Origin: Terriglobia bacterium
GTDB taxonomy: Bacteria; Acidobacteriota; Terriglobia; 20CM-2-55-15
DNA length: 64,000 bases
NCBI GenBank assembly: GCA_965218585.1
Contig: CBDCLE010000025.1
Coordinates: 1-64,000, forward strand
Direction: 5' to 3'
Below, in pieces: positions 30,055 to 39,911 of the stretch (within the stretch, counting starts at the first letter, position 1; each line of letters starts with the position of its first letter). The translations under genes and the position numbers were made by a program. The notes beneath the pieces were generated by a model. It was not told the origin of the DNA, searched no databases, and saw nothing but the letters and a program-made list of their open reading frames with translations.

Positions 30055-30507
30055 CTATTGTCTGCCGGAATACTTGTTCTCAGGAGAAAACGAGAGCAGG
30101 AGCGTCTCTTTGTCGACCAGGACGGCAATCGGAAATCCATCGTTGACGATCGCATAGACAATGACCGAGGATCCGCGATTGTTGGAGTCGATGACATCAG
30201 TCGTTTCCAGGCCGGTAGTGTAGAAACCATTCGGACCCCAATCGACCAGGAAGTCGTCGATGTCATACCGCTCGTCACCATCCCACATCCCATACGCATC
30301 CTCGAACTGGTCGGCTGCGATGGCTTCAAGAAAAGCGGACACCCGGGACTCTTCCCGGTAATTGACGAACCTGTATAGCAACCCACCAACGATAAGAAGG
30401 GACAGGATCAATGAGACAGGAACCTTGAGCCTGTCTTTTAACGGACGGGCTTTCCTAGGTTCCGGGTGGTCGTCATAAATGAGGCTTCCGATGAGTTTTT
30501 CAGCCAT
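30055..30507 (-). CDS. Hypothetical single-TM protein
   Basis: 150 aa with one TM segment, co-oriented within the glycosyltransferase run. Confidence 0.6.
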   Translation of the reverse strand: MAEKLIGSLIYDDHPEPRKARPLKDRLKVPVSLILSLLIVGGLLYRFVNYREESRVSAFLEAIAADQFEDAYGMWDGDERYDIDDFLVDWGPNGFYTTGLETTDVIDSNNRGSSVIVYAIVNDGFPIAVLVDKETLLLSFSPENKYSGRQ

Positions 30508-30531
30508 ATCCAGGGCCTCGAACTGCCTTCG

Positions 30532-31488
30532 CTATTGTACCGAAAACCAATGCTCTAATTCGGCGGGATCCACGCGTACCCGGGACTGAATGATCCGCCG
30601 CTTCGCCCATAGTCTGGGAAACTGTTCCACGACGTAAAACAATCCGGACAGCGACGACCACTCTTTAAGAAACACGTAGCCCACAACTGCCAAATCACGA
30701 GCCATAATAGGCCAAAGGTATTTCCAGTAGAGACCGGGTGTCATGTTGTTGATCCGGAGAATGAACCGGTTCTTTACCGAGTGCATGTTGATCGTCGGCG
30801 ACAGTTGTCCCCGCACTTCAGGCGTCACCCGGCGTCGATGGCGAGCAACTGCCCGGGGCACATACAGGGACTGCCAGCCCAGCAATCGGCAGCGCCACGC
30901 AAGATCCGCGTCCTCCCTGTAAGCAAAAAAGTCCTCGTCGAAAAAATCGCCTTCGATTGCAACGTCTTCCAGACACGCATACCTGTAAATCGCGGCCGCA
31001 CCACTGGGCCCAAAAACGGGTCCTGGACTCTCATACTGTCCTTCGTCCGCTTCTCCGGCGCCACGGTCCAGATGCCTCTGGTTGGCGGTCATTGTGATAC
31101 CGGTCGAATCCAACGTAACACCATCCATCCTAAGAAGCTTTCCGGCCGCCGAACCCGCTTCAGGGGCATCTTCGAGTGCTCGAACCAATTCCTCCACAAA
31201 AGTCGGTTCCAGGACCGTATCGGGGTTCAGAAACAAGACATAGGGTGCAGGGTAGTTGCGTGCCAATCGATTGTGTCCGGCCGCAAAACCTATGTTCGTT
31301 TCTGAACTGATGACGTCGACATCGAAATCGTTGTCGAATCTTTCGATGAGGGCAACGGAATCGTCTTCAGAAGCGTTGTCCAGTATGCGGACACGAAACT
31401 TGTCGTAGGTCTGACCTGACAGACTCTCCAAACATGGCACGATGTCAGTCGCGCTGTTAAAAGTGACGATCTGAACGGAAACATTCAT
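30532..31488 (-). CDS. GT2 glycosyltransferase (rhamnosyltransferase-like)
   Basis: DNASED, NIGFAAGHN, LNPD and FDEDFFAYREDADL motifs. Confidence 0.88.
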   Translation of the reverse strand: MNVSVQIVTFNSATDIVPCLESLSGQTYDKFRVRILDNASEDDSVALIERFDNDFDVDVISSETNIGFAAGHNRLARNYPAPYVLFLNPDTVLEPTFVEELVRALEDAPEAGSAAGKLLRMDGVTLDSTGITMTANQRHLDRGAGEADEGQYESPGPVFGPSGAAAIYRYACLEDVAIEGDFFDEDFFAYREDADLAWRCRLLGWQSLYVPRAVARHRRRVTPEVRGQLSPTINMHSVKNRFILRINNMTPGLYWKYLWPIMARDLAVVGYVFLKEWSSLSGLFYVVEQFPRLWAKRRIIQSRVRVDPAELEHWFSVQ

Positions 31489-31503
31489 GGAAAGGACGGG
31501 TTA

Positions 31504-31781
31504 CTAGTGACCTGTACCACCCATATTTGGGCCATCGCCAATGGGTCTTGCGGGCGAGATCACGGCGCGAGACGGAAATTGATGTTTTTGCATCCATGAC
31601 GGCTCGTAACAAAGATATCGCCCGCAACCCCCATCGGCCCGTAGGGTTACGGCGAAACGGCATCGTCTTACGTTGTCGTCAACTCCTCCGAATGACGAAG
31701 CATTTCCTCGTCGCTGACTCCTAGAATCCAATGCCGTTTGGCCGTAACGCTAGTCCCAATATGGGTGGTACAGGTCACTAG
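31504..31781. mobile_element. Non-autonomous MITE with 24-bp perfect terminal inverted repeats
   Basis: CTAGTGACCTGTACCACCCATATT (31504-31527) is the exact reverse complement of 31758-31781. Internal hairpins, no credible ORF. Confidence 0.8.
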
Positions 31782-31789
31782 GGCCATAC

Positions 31790-32842
31790 TCACCCCTTGT
31801 CGGGAACAAAGGTCTGATCGCGGTTCGTATAGTGGGTGTCGTAGTACGTAAGATAGGACTCGTCCTTGACCTCCCGAACCCAGTCCTGGTGCGATCGGTA
31901 CCAGCCAATGGTGGCAGCGATTCCGGAGCTGAAGTCGGTCCGCGTAGACCATCCCCATTCCGACTGAATCTTGGAGCAATCGATCGAGTATCGGTGATCG
32001 TGTGCCGGTCGGTCGGTGACAAACTGAATGAGGGACTCCGAGCGCCCCATGATACCAAGCACCTGGCGAACGAGATCGATGTTGGCAACTTCTTCGCCCC
32101 CGCCGATGTTATAGACCTCCCCGTCTCTGCCTCGCGTAATCGCCTCCCAGACACCCCGGGAATGGTCATCGACATAGATCCACTCACGACGATTCAATCC
32201 CTCACCATAGACGGGAATCGGCGCCTCCTCCATGGCGTTGGTGATCATTAAAGGAATGAACTTCTCGGGGAACTGATACGGGCCGTAATTATTCGAACAT
32301 CGCGTCACAACGGCGGGAAACCGGTGCGTCTTGGCGTGGCTCAACACGATCAGGTCCGCAGCCGCCTTAGTCGCCGAGTAAGGATTGGTCGGATTAATCG
32401 GGGTGTCCTCACGAAAATGCCCTTCAGGACCGAGGCTGCCGTAAACCTCGTCAGTCGATATCTGCACGTAACGCGACACGCCCTTTCTGCGCGATGTATC
32501 AATCAGGCACTGGGTCCCGACAACGTTCGAGCGGACGAACGGGCCGGCGTCTACGATGGATCGGTCCACATGGGTTTCGGCTGCAAAATTGACAACGACA
32601 TCCACGGTGTTCTGATCGAAAACGTTCTCAAGCCGTTCCGCGTCGGCGATGTCTCCCCGAACGAAGGCATAGCGCTCGTCGGTGGCCACCTCCTCATTGT
32701 TCTTGAGGTTTCCAGCGTAGGTCAGCAGATCGTAGTTGATTACAAGAACGTCGGCTTGGTCAGCAAGAACATAACGAATGAAATTCGAACCGATGAATCC
32801 AGATCCACCCGTTACTAGAATCGTCTGACCGCTTTTTCCCAT
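31790..32842 (-). CDS. rfbB: dTDP-glucose 4,6-dehydratase
   Basis: GGSGFIGSNF, LTYAGN, AAETHVDRS, STDEVYG and YSATKA. Confidence 0.95.
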   Translation of the reverse strand: MGKSGQTILVTGGSGFIGSNFIRYVLADQADVLVINYDLLTYAGNLKNNEEVATDERYAFVRGDIADAERLENVFDQNTVDVVVNFAAETHVDRSIVDAGPFVRSNVVGTQCLIDTSRRKGVSRYVQISTDEVYGSLGPEGHFREDTPINPTNPYSATKAAADLIVLSHAKTHRFPAVVTRCSNNYGPYQFPEKFIPLMITNAMEEAPIPVYGEGLNRREWIYVDDHSRGVWEAITRGRDGEVYNIGGGEEVANIDLVRQVLGIMGRSESLIQFVTDRPAHDHRYSIDCSKIQSEWGWSTRTDFSSGIAATIGWYRSHQDWVREVKDESYLTYYDTHYTNRDQTFVPDKG

Positions 32843-32852
32843 CTACTGTTTA

Positions 32853-33650
32853 CTATCTTTCGATCAGCGCCAAAGCCGACTTGCGGATGGTCTCCATGGA
32901 AATCTCATCAGAAACACCACCACGCTGCCCGGCCACCAGGATATTCGTACGCAATAGAGAATCGAATGTCCCGGCATCGGACCACCAACCATCGACGACC
33001 TCGTAGCTCATCTTGCCTGCCTCTATATAGGCATTGTTGACGTCTGTGATTTCAAGCTCGCCTCGGCCGGAAGGCTCAAGAGTCTTGATGATCTTAAAGA
33101 CCTCCGGGTCATACATGTAGACGCCTGTAACGGCATAATCCGATTTTGGCTCGGAGGGTTTCTCTTCGATCTTTAAGACCCGGTCTCCCTCAAGAACCGG
33201 GACACCGAAGCGCTGGGGGTTATCGACTTCCTTCAAATGGACTCTAGCCCCACCGCCCTGAACCTGGTACGCCTCGACCGACCGTTTGAAGCTGTTTTCG
33301 TAAACGTTGTCGCCGAGGATAACGCAGATCGAGTCCTCATCTGCGAAATGCTCTGCCAGTGACAACGCATCTGCGATACCGCCCTCACCTTCCTGGTAGG
33401 TGTAGTCCAGATGCCTGAGGCCGAACTCCTTGCCATTACCGAGCAGTTTCAGAAAGTCGCCCGCGTTGTTCCCGCCCGTCACAACCAGGATTTCGTGAAT
33501 ACCGGCGTCCACCAGGCTCTGGATCGGGTAATAGATCATCGGCCGATCGTAGATGGGCAGCAAATGCTTATTCGTAATCTTCGTAAGAGGATGGAGTCGG
33601 GTTCCGAGACCACCCGCCAATACGATTCCTTTCATGTGACCCTCAACCAC
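32853..33650 (-). CDS. rfbA: Glucose-1-phosphate thymidylyltransferase
   Basis: LAGGLGTRLHPLT, KHLLPIYDRPM, EEKP, PSGRGELEITD. Confidence 0.9.
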   Translation of the reverse strand: MVEGHMKGIVLAGGLGTRLHPLTKITNKHLLPIYDRPMIYYPIQSLVDAGIHEILVVTGGNNAGDFLKLLGNGKEFGLRHLDYTYQEGEGGIADALSLAEHFADEDSICVILGDNVYENSFKRSVEAYQVQGGGARVHLKEVDNPQRFGVPVLEGDRVLKIEEKPSEPKSDYAVTGVYMYDPEVFKIIKTLEPSGRGELEITDVNNAYIEAGKMSYEVVDGWWSDAGTFDSLLRTNILVAGQRGGVSDEISMETIRKSALALIER

Positions 33651-33726
33651 GGAGATCCAGGGGCATATAGAATCTCATTCTTTCCTCTTTTCACGCTCTT
33701 ATCACCTCGACCTCGGGTCTGCTCGA

Positions 33727-35145
33727 CTACTGATTGAAAAAGGCCTGAAAACCCTTGTGCAATTCCCACAAATCCACCTTGGAAGAAACCTCAAGCGGAG
33801 AATGCATGCTGACGATCCCGATCCCGACGTCGATGACGTCCATGTTCTGTCCGGCAAACCAGGCCGCGATCGTCCCGCCGCCGTACCCGGCATCGTATGA
33901 GTGAGTCTGCCATTTAACGTCCGAGCGGTCGAGTATCCCCCGAATTTTGGCAAAGAACTCGGAGTTGGCCTCCCGTCCAGCACCATATTCCTTGACGACC
34001 AAGCCGTAACCCAAAAGCGAAGTCAGGTTCTGATTCTGCGGACTCGGAAACAGTGGATTTAGCGCAGTTGTAGTGTCGCTGACCAACACTTCCGTGTTGC
34101 GGTAAGAGCGCCGTAGAAGAAGGTCGTTAAAACTTCCGGACTGTAAAGCGATCAACTCGGAAACGAGCGTCGTAAACCATGCTGAGTTGACTCCCGTATT
34201 CCAGGAACCGGTCTCTTCATTGTTCACTGCGTAGGCAACCACCGTGTGGACTGGAACGTCCACTTCTGAAATCGACCGCAGGCTGACGTATCCGGTCGAT
34301 CGGTCATCCTGTCCATAGGCCGCAACCAATGCCCGATCGAGTCCCACGTCTCGAGGTAGGGTTGCGGGAACGATCTGAATGTCGGCCGACAGGAAATCCG
34401 TCGCGTCTATCCCATACTCTTCCTGAAACAACGCCAGCAGACGGGCGGTCGCGTCGTCGTCCTCACTGTCCTTGTCCGGCGGAAGCGAAGCGATAATGGG
34501 TTCAAGCTCTTCGGTTCGGATAACATCGCGCTGGCTTCGATCCCGGTAGTCGTCATCAACATGCGGTGCAAGATCGGTAATCAACAGAATGGGGTCGTCC
34601 GGCTCGGTTCCCACCTCGATCCAAAGGGTCGTTCCGTCTGTCTTGTCGACACGTCCGATCATAGCCAGGGGAACGTTCACCCATTGGTAATTCTTGATGC
34701 CACCATGAACCTGCGTGTCGACGGTAACGACCCCACTGCGCTCACGAAGAGGGCGGGTCTTGAACTCGATTCTCGGCGAATCGATATGGGTATTAACGAT
34801 GCGCATCCCTTCTTCGAGCGGCTCCGAACCCACAACAAACAACACAAGCGTGCGATCCCGATTCACGGCGTACCACCGGGATCCGGGAACCAATTCGGAG
34901 GCGTCAACATCAGCGGACCATTCGGCGAACCCTTCCGATTCGGCGAATACGATACCCTCGCGGACAAACCACATTTCGCTCTTTGCCCGACCCATGAAGT
35001 CTTTGAATTCCTCTCCGAACGCCATCACTTCGGAACGTTCACGAGGACCGAGGTCTGGCCATGCGGAGCTAAACCCAAAATCCTGGCCGCTGGCAGGAAT
35101 GGCGAGCACAAGCGCTATCGCTAAACCGACTAGTGTACTTTTCAT
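33727..35145 (-). CDS. M18-family aminopeptidase with signal peptide
   Basis: HIDSP, YGQDDR, EETGS, GGGTIA and SMHSP motifs. Start at MKSTLVGLAIALVLAIPASG. Confidence 0.85.
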   Translation of the reverse strand: MKSTLVGLAIALVLAIPASGQDFGFSSAWPDLGPRERSEVMAFGEEFKDFMGRAKSEMWFVREGIVFAESEGFAEWSADVDASELVPGSRWYAVNRDRTLVLFVVGSEPLEEGMRIVNTHIDSPRIEFKTRPLRERSGVVTVDTQVHGGIKNYQWVNVPLAMIGRVDKTDGTTLWIEVGTEPDDPILLITDLAPHVDDDYRDRSQRDVIRTEELEPIIASLPPDKDSEDDDATARLLALFQEEYGIDATDFLSADIQIVPATLPRDVGLDRALVAAYGQDDRSTGYVSLRSISEVDVPVHTVVAYAVNNEETGSWNTGVNSAWFTTLVSELIALQSGSFNDLLLRRSYRNTEVLVSDTTTALNPLFPSPQNQNLTSLLGYGLVVKEYGAGREANSEFFAKIRGILDRSDVKWQTHSYDAGYGGGTIAAWFAGQNMDVIDVGIGIVSMHSPLEVSSKVDLWELHKGFQAFFNQ

Positions 35146-35295
35146 AATATTCACTCCGCGTTTTACAGTGGAATAGGTGATGTGGAAGCAGATTGTATCG
35201 CACTCTCCCCCTGTGGACTGATTCCTCTGTCCCCAAGCCACAATCTGCGACGCAGCCGAATGCCCGTCGCCGTGGACCACAGGAGTCTGTCCTGC

Positions 35296-36402
35296 TTACG
35301 CGTTCCGGATACCAGCCTCCACCATTCCTGCAAACAGGTCTTCATACTGACCCGTGACTACGTCCCATGAATACCGCGCCTCAACCCTCAAACGGGTTCG
35401 GTTGCGATAGAGGGCGACGCGCTCCGGTTTCGCCAAGACCTGTTGTAACAATTGTGTAAGACCAGGGGCATCATCGAAATACAGGCCCGTCGAATCGAGA
35501 ACCTCCCGGTGTTCGGGAGTATCTTTGGCCAGGACGCAGTTCCCCGCCCCCATCGCCTCCAGCAGAGCCGGATGTGTTCCCCCGACTTCAGTCGCCTGGA
35601 AATAGAGGTATGCGTGTGACCGCAACTCCAGGCAGCCGTCTCCGTATATCGCACCGGTAAACTGCACCCGATCGTCCGCTATGGATTTCAGATGCCGTAT
35701 GTACCCGGCCGCATAAGGGGCATCACCGACGATGACCAGCGGCATGACTGTCTCCACGCTCCGGTAAGCTTCGATCACCAGATGCGCATTGTTTTCCGGC
35801 TCCAGTCGACTCACGTAGAGCAGGTAATTCCGGCTCCGAAGACCAAGGGCCTCTATGAATTCCGTGCTCTCGGCCCGGCGGCAATCCGCTCCGTAGGCGA
35901 TCATCGCCGAGGGCGTATGGTGGCGATCCAGAAAATAGTCCTCCATGACTGCGGCATCAGTGACGACGACATTTGGGAGTAACGTCGCCAGGTATTCGGA
36001 AATCTTGTAATAGGTCCGACCGGCAACACCCCACTTCCCGCGCTTTCTCTCAATCCCGTCAACATTAAGCGCGATCGGAATCCCACCCAGACGAGGCACG
36101 ATCGAGAAAATGGCATTGGCCGCATTACACATCAGGATGACGTCGTAATCGGCAACCAGAGCGTGAAAGACCGACAGAAACGTGTGAGTCACTGTATCGA
36201 GGTGCTTGGTTGAAATCGTCGGAAGCACCACGAGTTGAACACCACGGTAAATCCTGTGCGCATGTCTTACATTGTTGCTGCGGCCGTAGACTGTCACCCG
36301 ATGGCCGCCCTCGACCAGGCGCGTGGAAAGCTCTTCAGCGAAGGTTTCAAAACCCCCGTAGTTGGCTGGGATGCCTCGTGTGCCGACGATGGCTATGTTC
36401 AT
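35296..36402 (-). CDS. GT4 glycosyltransferase (DUF1972-type)
   Basis: IVGTRGIPANYGGFETF, RLEPENN and EVGGTHPALLEAMG. Confidence 0.9.
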   Translation of the reverse strand: MNIAIVGTRGIPANYGGFETFAEELSTRLVEGGHRVTVYGRSNNVRHAHRIYRGVQLVVLPTISTKHLDTVTHTFLSVFHALVADYDVILMCNAANAIFSIVPRLGGIPIALNVDGIERKRGKWGVAGRTYYKISEYLATLLPNVVVTDAAVMEDYFLDRHHTPSAMIAYGADCRRAESTEFIEALGLRSRNYLLYVSRLEPENNAHLVIEAYRSVETVMPLVIVGDAPYAAGYIRHLKSIADDRVQFTGAIYGDGCLELRSHAYLYFQATEVGGTHPALLEAMGAGNCVLAKDTPEHREVLDSTGLYFDDAPGLTQLLQQVLAKPERVALYRNRTRLRVEARYSWDVVTGQYEDLFAGMVEAGIRNA

Positions 36403-36570
36403 CAGAAGCTTTCAGCAGGATCGGAAGCCCTGCGATCAGTTTTATCCGATTGAGCTCGGAGTCGAACGCTGACGGCTGATTGCACTGAAAACCTCAAAGA
36501 TCTTCGGATAGCACCTCTCCGAGCGTGCCATTATAGCCGCAGCCGATCGCGCGGCAGGAACCGATCACAT

Positions 36571-37708
36571 ATGAAAGATATCCTTCAGGAACTCGAAGCG
36601 ATGCAACCGGAAGCCGTTCAGCTTCTCGAGCGCATCGTCAAACTGGAATCACCCAGCTACAACGAGGCACTGGTCAACAGGCTGGTCGAGTTCCTGGCCG
36701 ATGAGTTTGGAAGACTCGGGGGCGAGATAACCCGAATTCCTGAGAAAGATCGGGGCGACCATCTGGTGATCGATTTCCCGGGCGAGAGCGATACTCCGAT
36801 CATGCTTCTCGGACATACCGACACGGTCTGGCCAGAAGGGACGCTCGCCCAGCGCCCGTTCACGATCACCGGCAACATCGCAACCGGCCCCGGAGTGTTC
36901 GACATGAAGGCCGGAATCGTGATGATGTGGATGACGATCCGCGCTCTGCTCAAGGTTCGGGGCCCTCTGCCACACCCCCTGTCTATACTCCTCATAAGCG
37001 ATGAAGAGGTCGGAAGTCCAGGATCCCGGGCGCTTGTCCGGAGTCGAGCCGAAGAGGTGAGAGCCGTACTCGTGATGGAGCCGCCCCTGCCGGGTGGCGA
37101 TCTCAAGACAACGCGAAACGGAATGGGACGTTTTGTCGTAAAAGCTTTCGGAAAGGCGGCCCACACCGGTATTAACCCACAGGACGGCGTGAACGCAGTC
37201 GAGGAAATCGCCCACCAGATTATGCGCATTCGCGAACTCGGCGATGTAGAAAAAGGCACGACCGTCACGGTGGCCGTTGTCGAAGGAGGCACCCGACCTA
37301 ACGTCGTTCCCGAGGAATGCTTTATACAGGTGGATGCGCGCACGCCAACCAACTCCGAAGCCGAACGGATAACCGAGTTGATCCACTCGCTCGAACCCGT
37401 CCTCGAAGGGGCCCGCCTTGAAATAGAAGGGGCATTCCGGAGGCCGCCGCTTGAGCCGACTCCAGGGAAACATGAAGCTCTTTGACTGCGCCCGAGGCGT
37501 AGCCCGCGACCTGGATCGCAAACTCCAGAACGGGGCCACCGGGGGCACATCAGACGGCAACCTCACGTCGGCAATGGGTGTCCCGACGCTGGATGGCCTG
37601 GGAGCTGTGGGGTTGGGCGCACACCAGGTGGAAGAGCAGGTTGAAATATCCTCACTCCCATGGCGGGCAGCAATTGTCGCCGGGCTGATCGAGCGAATAG
37701 GAAAATAG
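36571..37708 (+). pseudogene. M20 metallopeptidase (carboxypeptidase G2-like), +1 frameshift near 37470
   Basis: LGHTDTV, DMKAG and DEEVGS. C-terminal GGTSDGN...GAH is in the second frame, joined at CCAGGGAAACATG. Confidence 0.82.
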
Positions 37709-37721
37709 CCGACCCCGTCGT

Positions 37722-37751
37722 TTGACAACTGAATTTAAGCGGACCTAAAAT
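37722..37751 (+). promoter_or_regulatory. Sigma70-like promoter upstream of DHH gene
   Basis: TTGACA (37722-37727), 18 nt, TAAAAT (37746-37751). Confidence 0.55.
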
Positions 37752-37795
37752 TAAAGGCTGGCTGGCTACCTGGATTTGACACAGGTGGGATACAG

Positions 37796-37825
37796 GCACC
37801 TTCGGACCGAAGGTGCATTTTTATT
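37796..37825 (+). terminator. Intrinsic terminator-like hairpin
   Basis: GCACCTTCG-GAC-CGAAGGTGC stem followed by ATTTTTATT. Confidence 0.65.
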
Positions 37826-37840
37826 GCCTTCGAAAACTAT

Positions 37841-39232
37841 ATGCGGTCTGTTGTCTATATTGAGGAAGACTATATCGCGGGTCTTCTCAAAGACTACTTC
37901 GTCGATAACGGTCAAACCACGTACATCGTCGTCGACCCTGCAGCCAAGCGCCACCTGGCCTCACACGGTCAGGAGGTCTCCCTGGCAGGGCGCAACAACT
38001 CCTCACTCAAGAAACAACTCAAGACGAACAATCTCGACATTCTCCTGGTCCAATCCGACGACTTTCAACGTATCGAAGGTGTTCTCGATCTCGTCCGTGA
38101 ACACGGACAGCGGGTTCCCACACTGGTCATAACCGCAGAACAGGAAAGGGTTTCCGAGCATGCCCGGTTCGTGCGCTGCATAACGATGCAGGAGCTGTTG
38201 GAGGGTAACCTCCGCTGGCAGATGGTCCTGGCTCAGACAGCCCGGAGCATCGAAAGCATCCAGGAACACTTCGAAGAAGCCGATTCTGTCCTTATCCTTC
38301 TCCAGGACGATCCCGATCCCGACGCGATCGCCAGTGGGCTTGCCCTCAGGCAAGTCCTTGGTCGGAACAAGCAGACCGCCACGATCGGCACTTTTGGCAG
38401 AGTGACGCGACCTGAAAACATCGCGATGGCGAAACTGCTCGAAATCGAAGTTGAGCAACTCACTCCTGAGCGCTGCGAAGGGTTCGATCGAATCGCACTG
38501 GTTGATCTGCAACCACCACACATACGGACTGATTTACCCCGCATCGACCTCGTTGTCGACCATCATCCCGAACAGTTCGGGTATGAAACCACGATCAGGG
38601 ATGTCCGTCCCGACTATGGTGCAACCGCAACGATCCTGCTCGAATACCTGCTGTGCATGGGGAACAACGTGGGGACCCGGCTTGCGACAGCGTTGTTGTA
38701 CGGGATCAAGAGCGATACGTTCCTCCTCGGAAGGGAGACCAACGAGTGGGATGTCGAAGCCTTTTCATACGTTTATCCGCTTGCGAACCAGAACCTTTTG
38801 CGGCGGATCGAGCGGCCTGAACTGCCCCCGGCGGCGATCGACGCTCTCGGCCGGGCGCTGAAGACCCGCCAGATCAGCGACAAAGTCGCCTTCGTGAACC
38901 TGGGCCGGGTCGAACGCGAGGACCTCATCCCTCAAATCGCCGATTTCTGTCTTCAGTTTGAAGGAATCGAATGGACTGTCGTCAGCGGGATATTTGAATC
39001 CAATCTCGTCATATCCGTACGCAATGTCGGCTATGTCAGGGCCGCCGGGAAGGTCCTCAAGGATGCATTCGGCCATCTGGGGTCTGCCGGTGGGCATGCA
39101 TCGATGGCCAAGGCGATCATTCCTCTGTCCGAACTTCGCTCGAAGTGGAAAACTGACGCGCGCAGCACTCGCTTCATTAGTGACAAACTGCAACGGGAAT
39201 TCCTCAGAAGTCTTAGAAATTCAAGCAAATGA
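37841..39232 (+). CDS. DHH/DHHA1 phosphoesterase with N-terminal extra domain
   Basis: DPDPDAIAS, VVDHH, GIKSDT and SAGGH, plus ~140 aa N-terminal Rossmann/receiver-like extension. Confidence 0.88.
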   Translation: MRSVVYIEEDYIAGLLKDYFVDNGQTTYIVVDPAAKRHLASHGQEVSLAGRNNSSLKKQLKTNNLDILLVQSDDFQRIEGVLDLVREHGQRVPTLVITAEQERVSEHARFVRCITMQELLEGNLRWQMVLAQTARSIESIQEHFEEADSVLILLQDDPDPDAIASGLALRQVLGRNKQTATIGTFGRVTRPENIAMAKLLEIEVEQLTPERCEGFDRIALVDLQPPHIRTDLPRIDLVVDHHPEQFGYETTIRDVRPDYGATATILLEYLLCMGNNVGTRLATALLYGIKSDTFLLGRETNEWDVEAFSYVYPLANQNLLRRIERPELPPAAIDALGRALKTRQISDKVAFVNLGRVEREDLIPQIADFCLQFEGIEWTVVSGIFESNLVISVRNVGYVRAAGKVLKDAFGHLGSAGGHASMAKAIIPLSELRSKWKTDARSTRFISDKLQREFLRSLRNSSK

Positions 39233-39678
39233 GGGCGGTTGTCCAGAGAGTCTCTTCGGCAGGTGTTCGAATCGGGGGCCGGAAGCACTCCACAATCGGC
39301 ATGGGCCTGCTCGTCCTGGTCGGCGTGGAGCGTGACGATACCGATTCTGACGCTGCGAGCCTGGCCAAGAGAGTCGTGGAACTCCGTGTTTTCGAAGATG
39401 ACAGCGGCCGCATGAATCGCTCCCTCCTCGAGATCGGAGGACAGCTCCTGGCCGTTTCACAGTTCACCTTGCTCGGAGATGGGCGCAAAGGCCGCCGCCC
39501 GTCCTTCGTTCGAGCGGCCCCGCCCGATGAAGCCCGGAGACTATACGAGCTTTTCGTCAATGCCGTCGATGAGGCCGGCGTCGGCGTTTCAACAGGCGTC
39601 TTCAGGGAAATGATGGATGTAGAACTCGTCAACAACGGGCCGGTCACCATCCTGCTGGACACCCGGAAAGCATTCTAG
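39229..39678 (+). CDS. dtd: D-aminoacyl-tRNA deacylase
   Basis: MRAVVQRV, SQFTL, KGRRPSF and NNGPVT. Confidence 0.95.
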   Translation: MRAVVQRVSSAGVRIGGRKHSTIGMGLLVLVGVERDDTDSDAASLAKRVVELRVFEDDSGRMNRSLLEIGGQLLAVSQFTLLGDGRKGRRPSFVRAAPPDEARRLYELFVNAVDEAGVGVSTGVFREMMDVELVNNGPVTILLDTRKAF

Positions 39679-39911
39679 CGGCGGTGGCACTCCGCACAAG
39701 AACCACCTCTCGCGAGGTGAATTCCAGGCTCGAAAAACAGGGTCCTCTGCGCCTTGGTACCTCTGTACTTTACGGACACCATCAGATTACGTTAAAAAAG
39801 CGTCTAAATTCCTGTTTTTCTGGTGGTTCGGAGTTGACCCGGAGGCGTCAATTTCCTATTCTGCAAGGTTCGCCCCTGTGGGCGAAGATTGCCTATTTTT
39901 GCGTTTGTTAA

